NCBI RefSeq assembly: GCF_018977255.1
Contig: NW_024704742.1
Span: 125,800,001-125,864,000, forward strand
Source: Callorhinchus milii
Lineage: Eukaryota
Reading direction: 5' to 3'
DNA: 64,000 nt
In this document: one piece after another, positions 52,178 through 64,000 of the stretch
How positions within the stretch are numbered: position 1 is the first letter of the stretch
How the letters are laid out: each line of letters starts with the position of its first letter
Program-made: the position numbers and the translations under genes
Notes under the pieces: model-generated
The model's database searches: none
What the model was told of the DNA's origin: nothing
What the model saw: only the letters and a program-made list of their open reading frames with translations

Positions 52178-52887
52178 ACAGTCACTTCACATTAAAATCC
52201 TGTGAAGCATTCTGAGCTACCTTGATGACTTGATCAAGTGTTATACCAAATGCCAGGATTATTTAGTTAATTACTTTCTCTTCAATGGAGTCCAACAATT
52301 TTATGAGTATGCATGAAAACTGATGAAACTGGCAACCCTTGAATGAACCTGTGACCATCTGAATCAAATATCAATATAACAGAGTCATTACTCTAATTAT
52401 TTTTTTTCGTTTTAATATTCTTAGCATAAACCTATCCATTTATTTATTTGTATAATGCCAGTAGCATAATTTCAATTTATCAAATGAGCAGTATGATTGG
52501 AGAAATGATTGCTCCTGATTAACACAGGACTTTCTCTGGTCACTGACTGACCATGGTTTAACTCGGCTTTTTACTGTATTGAAGGTCAGACTGGCATTGG
52601 CACTAGTATTACCTCAGGCCTTTTAATGTAATAAAACTCATTTCTGTTGCAGCTTTACTTAGTCTTTTTTATTATTAATAATAATCATCCTTGTATTTGA
52701 TATGGTATTTTAATACATCATTGAGCCATCTCAAAGTGCTTCACATGATGACTGTTTTTGCTGGCAAATAATCCAGCCAATATGCACGGAAATGTCTTAC
52801 AAATAAGGGAATGGATGACCAAATGTATCTGAGGGATTGTTGACCAGGACACTGGGAGAAACTCCTTTCTCTTTTCAAAAAGTGCCA

Positions 52888-53130
52888 TGCAACAACAACA
52901 ACAACAAGATTCCATTTATAGAGCGCCTTTCACGTCAGGAGGATGTCCCAAGGCGCTGTTGGGTCAGGACCTGAGTAGGGGGGAAATGGTCAGGGTGAGG
53001 GGAGAGAAGGGAGGGAGCGAGGAGGGGGTAGAGAGTCGAGAGGGGAGCTGAAGGCACAGTCAAAGAGAAAGGTCTTGAGACCGGCCTTGAAGGAGGAAAG
53101 GGAGGAAGCAAGGAGAAGGCACTGGGGGAT
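52888..53130 (-). mobile_element. Young L2 3' end inside an old SINE
   Basis: Near-identical to 36309-36600; (CAA)n on the + strand. Confidence 0.85.
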
Positions 53131-54077
53131 ATAGGATTATAGAATGTCCATTTAGCGCATGGGACCTTGGTTTACCACCTCATCCAAAGGATGGCACCTC
53201 CAACATTGTAGTGCTCCCCTGGCATTAGACTGTAGTGTCAGCCCAGACTGTGAGCTGAACATTCCCATGTGAACTTATTAAATTTGAAATGTATTCATTT
53301 AATTATAGGATTTTCTCCCTTCTTTGCAATTGAGTATAATTCAACTATAACCAAAGGGCAAACAGGAACTAAATGATGGATATGGGCAATACGCAGGAAT
53401 ACAAGTGCTTCGAGACATCTCGAAGAAGTGAGACGGCGCTATATCAAATGCAAGGATTATTATTATTACATTTGCATCTTTAAATAATGACTGAAGAAAG
53501 GAGCTTTAATGTATGAGTGTTATACCTGTTTAGCTCCACCTGGCAGACATCTTCATGGAGTATCCCTCATACATATCTACAAATATTTACAGAAAGAATG
53601 TAAAATGCTATGTTTGTGTTTGACAATCTGATTGAAGACTTCTGCTGCTGAATTTAGTTCTATTGATGTGAAGCCAAGTGTGCCATAAATGTTTAATCAT
53701 TATTCATAGAGTTTCTGGGATTAAACAACATCAACGTAATTTTCTTCTCCCTTTCCAGTAAAACAGATCATGCAATAAAAATATCCATGAAACAATATCA
53801 AAGCTTGTGAAGAAGTTGGCAGCAACAGCAACAACTTGCCTTTATGTAGCACCCTTCATGCAGGTAGCGACTTAAAGTGAGTAGGCAGACGAGCAGGAAA
53901 TGAGAGCTGGTGTGAGAGGGGCAGGAATTGAGAGCTTGAGTGATAAGAAACAGGACCTACACTAATTATCCTACTATCTGGTTCTTTGATAATCCCTTAA
54001 TTGAGGAAGAATATGATAGTAGTGCAATTATTTTTCTAGGAATTCCTGATTTAGATGTAGGAAATGATAATCACAAT

Positions 54078-54465
54078 AAGAATAATCCTTGTATTTGATA
54101 TAGTGCCTGCCTTATCACGTCTCCAAGACATCTCAAAGTGCTTCACAGAATATACTGTGAGGTGAATTGATGGTATATTTTGCAGGCAAAATGTAGCAGC
54201 CAATTGTGCACAGCAGTGCCCACAAGCAGTCGTGGATTGAAGTGACCAAATTATTATTAATATTTTTTTTTAATTTTTTGAAGGAATTATTACCCCCGGA
54301 AAATCAATCCGCCAATTGACTAACAACTGGGTTCCTACTTACTGCTAGGTAAACAGAGGCATGTAGAGTAAGGAAACTTGCTTAAGGCTTCGCCCCACCT
54401 GGGAATCGAACCCAGGTCCTCCCACTTGTGAAGCAAGAGCTCTAATCACTAAGCTACAGGACTCC
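54078..54465 (-). mobile_element. Full-length SINE, long subfamily
   Basis: Head, central module, Deu core and tail. Confidence 0.88.
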
Positions 54466-55029
54466 AACATGATACTGTTTTGAAATAAATAAATCTGGCT
54501 GAGCAATAGGTCACTGTAAAAGTCAAAAAGCTATTCATTTAGAAAGGAAGTTTTGATTACAGAATTACAGAAATCTCTGTACCAATGGAGGCCTTTCGAG
54601 CTACTCATATGGCTTGGCTATCTTTAGTCTCCAAAATGTTTTCCCTCTGCAGTTTGAATAATCATGCCATTCTAACTATAGCACTCTGAAACACTACCTG
54701 GGATGAAGGGACTATATAAATGTAAGTTGTTGTAACAGAACAAAGGCAAGATTGAGCAAGGCTCTCATTTTGGTGATGACCCAATCTTCTCCTGAGAGCT
54801 CACTTGACTGCCCTCTGGAATCAGGGGTAGATATACCTCCCTGGTATATCTTTTGTCATCAAATTCACCTTTCTATGGATTTTTCAGATTTCTTACTTTC
54901 GCTCAAAGGGGCCCAAGTGGCCAGCAGCAGAAGGGATGTGTAGGTGTGCAGAGTGACAGACGTGGGTAAGGGGTTTCTCCAAGGAGTGAATTTAATAAGC
55001 TTCTGGACCTTTGTTTGCTCTTTCCTGTC

Positions 55030-55391
55030 AATAATAGTAATCCTTGAATTTGATAGAGCGCCTTATCACGTCTTCGAGACGTCTCAAAACGCATGATAGA
55101 ATATAGTGTAAAGTGAATTGATTGTATATGGTGTGGACAAAACACAGTGACCAATTGCACACAGCAGTGTCCCACCAATAGTCTTGGATTGAAATAATCA
55201 ATTTTTTTTAAGGAATTATTACCCCTGGAAAAGCGATTCGCCAATTGATTCACAACCAGGTTCCTACTTACTGCTAGTTAAACAGAGACGTGTGGAGTAA
55301 TGAAACTTGCCTAACATTTCGCTCTGCTGGGAATCAAACCTAGGTTTCTTGTTTGCAAGGCGAGTGCTCTAACCACTGAGCTACAGGACTC
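55030..55391 (-). mobile_element. Full-length SINE, long subfamily
   Basis: Same architecture; further partial copies at ~57124-57385 and 62563-62820. Confidence 0.88.
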
Positions 55392-58300
55392 TGTATCCAA
55401 TAATAATAATTGAATTGTTACACTTGACTTATTATGTCAACAAAATGTCTCAATGCGCTTCACAAGAATTATTGTAAAGTGGAGTAACTCTGTGATCATG
55501 GCAACCAATTTGCACACAACAACTTGCATTTATATAGCGCCCCTCAGGCAGGGTTGCGTCCCAGACAGCATAATGTCACACAACAATGTCCCGCAAACAA
55601 CCAGCAAGTGAATGACCAATTTTATTTGTAGGATCATTAGCCAGGACACCAGGAGAAACTCCTTTCTTTTTTCATGTAGCCATGGGATCGTTAACATTCA
55701 CCTGAACAGACAGACGGGACTTCAGTTTAACATTTCATATGATGGACAGCAGGTCCAACACTGCTGAGCACCACCAGCATAACATCGGATTACCAGTCAA
55801 GATCAGTTCAGAGTTCCAAACTGGTCTTAAACCCACAACCTTCTGACTTGGAGTCAAGAGTGCTACCAACTGAAGTTGACTTGACACTTGAGTCAATTGG
55901 AAGAAACTTGTCGCTGTGTAAACTAAACTAGACTAACAAACTGGCAGAACAAACTCAATTATGCTAAAGTCAGCCTCCTCCTGATACTATGCTTCCATTT
56001 CTTTGGCCGCACATACACATTGTGTTACAAATCCAATATAAATGTTTACAACCAATCAAATTAAACAACTGGTTAGAAAATTACAGTAATATGCACAAAG
56101 TTGAAAATAACCTTGTGCTTTCTGTTTTAATAGGGGTTGGAATAATTTTGTTTACATGGAGCGAATAATTGTATCCTTTGGTGTGTAATTATCATTGGTG
56201 ATAATTATCACATCTTGGAAAATTCTGCCTTGCCATGTCCGCTGAATCCCTCATTCACCCTCTGTGATCTCACGACTCAACTTCTCAAATGCACTCCTCA
56301 ACTGGCTTCCTAGCTCCACCATCTCCAAGCTACAACTCATCCAAGACTTTGCCACTCGCATCCTAAACCACACCAAAATCTGTCTGACCATCATTCCAGT
56401 CCTCGCTCAGGTCCACTCACTCCCTGATTCCCGACAGATTGATTTCAAGGTCCTTATCCGATAAATATCTACATGCCCTAGTACCTTCCTATCCTCTGGG
56501 TTATTCTCCTACCCACTCTTCTCATCCAGTCTCCTCCGTAAACTCAGGCCCATTGCGGTGTCCCACCCCCCACCGTAATGGTGGCTGAACCTTCAGCAAC
56601 TATACCCCTACCTTCCCTCTACTCCAACATCTCACTCGCCCTCATCTATCTCTTTAAATCACATGTAAAAGTCACGCTTCAAGAACTTTGAGGAGCTTTT
56701 TATGCATTAAAGGATTTCCACAATTCAAATAGACAGGAAGCATTAATTGGAACCAAAAGCATTCTCCTTTGAAATAGACCCATTTTTGTAACACTCGCCT
56801 TTTTACTTTGCAAAAGTTTATAGGATTTAACAAAAATGTTAACCTATTTACATTGTGTCTGGCAGCACTCCTGACTCTTTCAGAAGATGGAGGTATTGTA
56901 TCACAGTCTGGTCCAAAGTTTTGTCAACTAAACCAAATAAGTTTATGTATGGACAGGGCAATTAAATCAAGGCAGACAAAATAATGCAGTGAGCACAAAC
57001 ACTACAAGTGAGGAGAATTCAAAGGATCCTGGAATAATTCTTAGAAAGTCAAGAGCTGGTTGTGGAGTAGGAATATTGAAGAAACCAAATAGTTTCAGCT
57101 CTTGTGGTAATAAGATGAAACCAAATAATAATAATATTTGCATTTGATTTAATGCCTTATCAGGTTGTCAAGATGTCTCAAAGCACTTCACAGAATATAT
57201 TGTAAAGTGAAACGTGGCAGCCAATCGGTTACATCAGTGTCCCACAAACAGTCGTAGATTGAGTGACCATAATTTTTTTTGAGGGATTTTTACCCCCGGA
57301 AAACAATTCGCCAATCAACTAACACCCGTATTGCTTGCTAAACAGAGGCGTGTGGAGTAAAGAAACTTGTCTAAGGTTTTGACCTCATCCAGCATGGAAG
57401 TAACCAACATTTCATCCAAATATTGACAGTAGACCAACAAATAAATTTACATTTTCCAACGTATACACAGTCACTACATATGATAACAATTACTTGTAAA
57501 AGCCCTTTGAGATGTTTCAATGTTGAAGGAGCTATAACACATGCAAGGATTATTATTAGTGGAAGAATGACAGAAGCAGACTTTCTTTTAATTTAAAATG
57601 TTCCATTAAAATGCAATGTGTAGTGTGCATGATTTAAATTGATACTTTGACTCATCAGCAACAATGCAAGTTCCAAATAAAGCACAACTAATGAACAAAG
57701 ATGATAAACCTTCATATGATTGATTGACTTAAACAGTGTTTACATCGTGGTTCACGTCTGCATTTAGACTTTGAAGCATTGCCATCGAAATTGTACGAGT
57801 ATGTTAAAAATACATTATCTCTTTATACATCTCATTATAAGGATGGAACAAGCTAGCTATTTTTAGCATCAGCATATGACAGATATGATTCAGCGGTCAA
57901 TCACAATCTCATCACAAATTTATGGAGAATAACAAAACAGCTACAATAAAGCTTTACAAGCATGGAATGGAAAATTCATGAACATTATTGAACAGTGCAT
58001 TATTCAATACACTGAAGATTACTCTGCTCCCTTTGCTAAATATAAATATTGATACAGGTTGTGGGTTCAAGCCTCAGGTCGGGTCTTTGAACTCGAATAT
58101 ACCAAGCTAAAAATCCAGTGCAATGCTGGGGATGTACTGAATTGTTGGAGATGGTGTCCTTCGGGTGAGAAGTTAAAGTGAGTTCCGTCTGTCGGTTTAG
58201 GTGGATGTTAAAGATCCGATACCAGTTCTGAAAAAGATATGGGAGTTTATTTTGACGTCCTGGCCAACAATCCCCCAAACAAAATTGGTCCTTCATTTCA

Positions 58301-59944
58301 GGGTTATTTGTGGGACATTGTTATGCTTAAATTGGCTGCCACATGGACTACAAATACACAGTCACTACACTTCACAGTAAATACTTTGAGACCTTCTGAC
58401 TATGTGATAAGGTGCTGTATCAAATTCAAAGATAATTATTATATTCCTGGAGGTGGTAACGTATTCCTATTATGTATATTCCATAGGTATTATATTCCTG
58501 TAATTTGATTTTACATTCATGTTGTCAAAAAGCCAACATGTTCTATGGTTTTTAGGATCTAATCTTTAATAATGACTCAAGCAAGGTACAAAAGGTCAGT
58601 GAACATTCGGGATTTAGTAATCACTGCATCATTACAATTGAAATCATCTTGAGGGTGTGCAAAAAGCATAACTTTGAAGGAATAAGAAATAAATAAAAAA
58701 GTAAATTGAATCGTGGAATTATAGAATCCTACAACACAGATTCGGCCCATCATGCCTGGAAACTGGAAATGCTTGGGAAATCCACAGTAAACACCCTAGA
58801 ACATCCTTGTAAGGCTGCAATTGAAATTGTTTCCAATCAAAGCAAATGAGAGGCCAGTTAAGTGGTTAAATAGAATTGTAAAAAAAATTGCAACCGGCGT
58901 AACCATGGACCATTGTAGTCAGGCAGAAACTGCTCACATGGAGACAGATTGAGTTTATAAATCGCATTTCATTATCACAAGAGGGAAAACCTCAGCAGCT
59001 GACAGCGGCCCCAACAGAGAAACACTGACATACCAGGAGAAGTGCAGGGTCTGCGTTTGTGAATTGACTTTCTGGTTCCCACCCAACTCAGGTACATAGT
59101 ATTCACACCTGCCTGGCCTATCAGTCTCGAAGGTACCGGTTCAACAGTCTGCTTTGCAACACCATTGAACCTGTCATTCAGTTAGGCCTTGCATCTCCTT
59201 ATCACAGCAAGAATCAGCTGCCCTGCAATTCCAACATGAAGAGAGCTGCTTGGGAGTTTGGTCACAACCTTTGTATGTCCCAGGTCCTGCCACCTCTCAG
59301 CTACATGGCCAAAGGCCCCACCTTAGTCTGTTTGCAGTATTTACTATAAATTGAACATTTTAAGATTGTGAAGAAATCTAGCGAGGAGGAAGTTTGGTAC
59401 ATTATAAAGCCAAGCAGATGAGAAGGATAATCAGGGAGGGCAAAGCACACATTGAATGTGCTGCTACATATACACCGCAGGAAGCAATTTGCACTATCTC
59501 CAGCAGTACAATTATTTGCAGTGGGAACATTCATTCAGATTTTGCTCTTCAATGTCACAGATGCCAGGGGTTGAGGAGAGGTCTGCACATATGCGTGTGA
59601 GTAAGTGTTCGCTTTCTAATATATTTAAACAGCCAGGAGTGCAACCAGCTCTTCAATGACATTAAAAATAATCCATTATAAGCTCTTCAGTGCTCTATTG
59701 AGACTTTTTAATTTTGAAAGCTGTTCTCTGCTTCTGTGCTCCCAGACTAATTCAAATAGCTCACTTACATTCATATGATCTGTACCTTAAAGAATTTTTG
59801 AAGATTCAATCTCTTCCCCTTTCTCCTGCGCACACTTAAATATTCACCCCTCTCCGTAATTCAAGAAACTTTCCTCTGAACCCTCTCATGGGTAGTGATA
59901 ATCCTTGTGTTGGTACTGCACCTTATTATATCATCAAGATATTA

Positions 59945-60132
59945 AAAAAAACAATAATAAATTGGTCATTTTCAATCTACGACTGTTTGTGGGACATTGC
60001 TGTGCGCAATTGGCTGCCGCGTTCGCCCACAAATATGCAGTCAATTCACTTTACAGTGTGTTCTGTGAAGCGCTTTGGGACGTCCTCCCGATGTGAAAAG
60101 CGCTACATCAAATGCAAGGATTACTATTATTA
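59945..60132 (+). mobile_element. Young 5'-truncated SINE
   Basis: Near-identical to the 3' half of 24611-24920. Confidence 0.88.
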
Positions 60133-60863
60133 TAAGATGTCTCAAAGCACTTCACAGGATTTTAGTGTGAAGTGTAGTGTTTGTGTATATTTGTAGGCCA
60201 GCACGGCAGTCAAATTGCAAACAGCAGTAATCCATAAAATATGAAATGAATGATCAATTTTATTTGAGGATTGTTGCCCTGGATACAGGGAGAAACTCCC
60301 TTCCCTTTTCAAGTTTCGCTGTAGAATTTTTAATATCCACCTGAACAGGCAGACAGGACATCCAAAAATCCAAAAGACAGCACCTCCAACAATGCTGCAC
60401 ACCCCAGCACTGCACTGGAATGTCAGCCTAGACTATTTGTGTTCAAAGATCCAACATGGTGCTTAACCTAAACCGTCTGACTCGGAAGCAAGATTAATAC
60501 CAATTGAGCCAGGTTGACACATGATGCTCAATATATGTTTCAGGTGCCTCCAATTTTCTTCAAACTTCAACATTTATGGTCCAAAGTTCATAGCCACCAA
60601 TGTAACATTTCAATTGTCAGCTCCTTATCGCCAGCATAATTTCACTCCTGCACAGAGGTTCCTTCATATTAAACAGTTCTTTTGCTGTTGCCATACTCTG
60701 TATAATTTATTCATTGCTTCACCTGACTGATTAGATTCCCATGTAAACTATTTCCTCGGTTTCCACATTACTCACCCTGGCCCAGTTGGTAGCATTCTTG
60801 CCTCTGAGTCAGAGGCTGTGGGTTCAAGCCTCATGTCAGGTCATGGAACTTGTACAGTGCAGG

Positions 60864-61520
60864 TGTTAGAATTTACACTTTTTGTATAATGTTAGAATCA
60901 TAATAGATGTTGCGAACGGGTTAACTTTTAAGTTAAGTGTGGGGGGCAACTGGACTGACACTCATGATTAACACTCAAGAGCAACAAAAGGCAACCCTCA
61001 AGAATAGCAGCTAACGAGCAAATTGCTTAAACTGGAGGACCTTGGTACCATCCCGGGATACTGATAAGAAATAACCAGTCACTTAAAAGGAATGTACTAA
61101 TGATCCCACCTTACAAAATAACAAGCATCAGATAACAGGGGTCCTAAGGACAATGTGTATGTGTGCTGAGGCACGAACACCCCATGAGGTGTTCACGTGA
61201 ACCCAGCATGATTTTGGCCAGGTGACCTAATGTCCGCACTATGATTGGATGGACACAAGCTTAAGACACCGTGCCAGACCAAGATTGGTGCCCAGGACAG
61301 TACCTATCGTGGATGGAAGACTGAGAGCTAGAAGTCAGAAGTAGACAACCACGAGGAGGGATTACGCGGTAGTATTGTTCTGTTAGTGAATTGATTGATT
61401 GTGCTTACTTGCCCACGCTCATTGGGAACTTGGACGGATCCTGGAGTTTAATAAACACCACTCTGGTTTCAAACAGTGGCTGTGTTTGATTGGAACCGGA
61501 AAAGGTTTTTTTTCTTAACA
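60864..61520 (+). mobile_element. Solo LTR (ERV1/Gypsy-type)
   Basis: TGTTAGAA...TTCTTAACA termini, CAGG 4-bp TSD, AATAAA at 61450, ATTGG boxes. Confidence 0.85.
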
Positions 61521-63534
61521 CAGGCTGACAATCAACTGAATTGAAATTGAATCTTGCTTTTAATTTATCCAGACTATTTTCCCATAAAATACTCAGAGCA
61601 CACACTTAAAAGATCAAGAGGGAGAAATTCCATCGGGGTCTAGATTTACTTTATTTATGTAACATTTTAGAGCATGGGCAAATTTTTAAATAAAACTTTC
61701 ATTTAAAATGACCCTCTCGCTGGACAACAACAACAAATTGCTTTTATATAACACCTTTGGGAGGGCATCCCAAAGTGCTGTACCCAAGCTGGGGGTTGCT
61801 CACACGTCCCACCAAGGACAGGTAGACACTCAGCCACTCTGCTCCTACTATCTCAAACTTCGAACCTCCATCTCATTCAATCCCTCCCCTCTTTCAAGGC
61901 ACATCTCAAAACTTACCTCTTTGACTGCACTTTTGGTCATCTTTATTTGGTTACATGTGTCCAAAATATTCACGCTACCATCCCCTCATCACACAATCAA
62001 GCTATTTCTTAAACGAGTTCAGTGTTCTGGCGTCAGCCGCCCGTCCTGGTAACTGGTTCCAGTTGTTAATTACCCTTTGTTTAAAATACACTTCCTGGTG
62101 GCTGTCTCGAAATTTCCCATTTTCCTTTCACTGTAAATGTAATTTCTCCTATTGTAGCAGAAAAGAATGTAAGTGGCAAGAAAGAAGACATATTCCACTG
62201 TTTGCATCCAGTGTCAGTATGAAGCACTCCCAGGACACAGCACTGGTTGCATTTTGGGAAATGTTCCTTCTACACTGTGCCAGCCATATGCAATTTCTTT
62301 AAGAATGGCCTTAACTGAGATAGTTCATTATAATTATTCCCCATACCTGCCTATATTCTAGCTTTTCAGGGATAGATTGATGATAATATTCAGGAATCAA
62401 TATTCTATTTGTAAATTTTTATTAATTATGCGCTATGAACTTAAGGAACTTGGTGTCCAAATGAACTTGGTTCAGGTTCCATCAGCCTAAGATGGATATA
62501 CACCTAAATTCATGAAGAGGAAGGACCATATTCTAATCCACTCAATCCTACATTCAAATAGATAATAATAATAATAATCCTTGCATTTGATATAGTGCCT
62601 TATCATGGCTTGGAGGTGTCTTAAAGTGCTTCACAGGACCTTATTGTAAAGTGAATTGACTGTATATTTTGTGGGCAAAACACATAAGCCAATTGTGCAC
62701 AGCAGTGTTGTGGATTGAGGGACCAAATTAATATTATTCTTTTAAAGGATTATTACCTCCGGAAAAGCGATCCGCCATTCAACTAACAAATGGGTTCCTA
62801 CTTACTGCTAGGTAAACAGAGTAAAATCTGGAGCAAAATTACAATTTAGCTCAATTTGCTTCCACTGTGATAGCAAAAAGGAGAGCCCAAAGGCATAGTC
62901 TTATTACTTGGTAACAAGAAATAGAGAAGAGAAAGAAAGATAATGTAGAATAATTCTCTCCTAACGCCCTAGTGATTAAAGGAACTGCACATGGGGAAAC
63001 AAATTCCACCTGGGTCTACATTTCCTCTTTTTACATAACGTTTTAGAGTGTCCAGAATTTGGCAAATTGAAAAACAACAACAAATTGCTTTTATATAGTG
63101 CCTTTCATGTCAGCAGGACATCCCAAAGTGCTGGAAATTCTTAAATTTAATTTTGGTAACCGGTTATTTTTGATAAAAGCATTAATCCTGCTTCCATCGC
63201 CTTGGGATGTCCTCCCGACTTGAAAGGCGCTCTATAAATGCAATCATGTTGTTGTTGTTGTTGTTCCAAAAAACCTCCCGAAATTTTTCTTTAATTCATA
63301 TTAGCTTTCACAAGGGAACTAAATATATATCTAATAAGGAGTAAACAACAACACCAATTTGCATTATGTAGCGCTCTTCACACGTGGCAGTGTCTCGGAA
63401 TGCTTACAGGGGTTGGGGAAAAAAAAGATGAATGAGACTGAAAGGACTGCTCTTTAAAAGTGCTAGCACAGAGATGATGGGCCGAATGGCATTCTGCTGT
63501 GCTGTAAATTATTATGGTTCTATTGGCTTATAGA

Positions 63535-63750
63535 CGAGGTGAAATTTGGAGCCTGAGCGGGATAGTAGTTGCAATTGTCCTCAGTGCCACTCCACTAAGA
63601 AGGCCAAAGATCAGCCGAGATTTTTGTTCCTAATCTCTATGAATTGGCCTCTATTGTAAAGTGCACATGTGTGGACGTCATGTGAGACGTCAGGACTGAC
63701 CTTGGCTAGATGCCCTTCACGGTTGAATAGACAGCCAAACCATCACTGCC
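63535..63750 (+). mobile_element. Fragment of an ancient SINE-like repeat
   Basis: Loosely similar to decayed segments at ~8680-8830 and ~9430-9660; family recalled from shark genomes, not verified. Confidence 0.45.
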
Positions 63751-64000
63751 AACAATTGTAATGGGCAGTAAAGACTATTTTCCCCCTAAGCAATAGCATC
63801 TTATTATTTATTCAAATGACATGACCAGATTTTTTCCCTGTTCCGCTGATTGGATTGCAGCAAGCTCAGTATGACAAGTCAAAGGAAAAGATGAGTCTAT
63901 AATTCGTTTTCGGCTTGGGGAGAGAGGGTTAAAAAGGAAAACAGGTTGATGTGAATGAAGTGCTGCCAAGGGGAGGAGTTCTTATATCTAGGGCTTACTT

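Noticed and set aside
28000..64000. Second protein-coding gene
   Set aside because: No ORF with a recognisable non-TE domain or chain of exons found; small exons cannot be excluded by eye

Overview
Repeat-rich vertebrate genomic DNA, not prokaryotic. The repeat content (CR1 and L2 LINEs, tRNA-headed Deu-domain SINEs) points to a cartilaginous fish, probably a holocephalan; this is inferred from repeat families only. One host gene is present and is mostly invisible in the ORF track: a + strand basigin-family Ig receptor, best matching embigin (emb). I reconstructed it from 8 phase-compatible GT-AG coding exons (9893-27628, ~287 aa: two Ig domains, a TM helix with the family Glu, tail ...TRHRKSEAQ*). 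I found no signal-peptide exon in the window. The rest is intronic or intergenic TE debris. Notable items: several nested insertions with recoverable target-site duplications, a non-autonomous Helitron in an emb intron, a solo LTR with a 4-bp TSD, a hAT transposase relic and several fold-back elements. Nearly all other listed ORFs are LINE fragments or spurious. I found no convincing novel multi-gene system. Repeat boundaries without a TSD are approximate.
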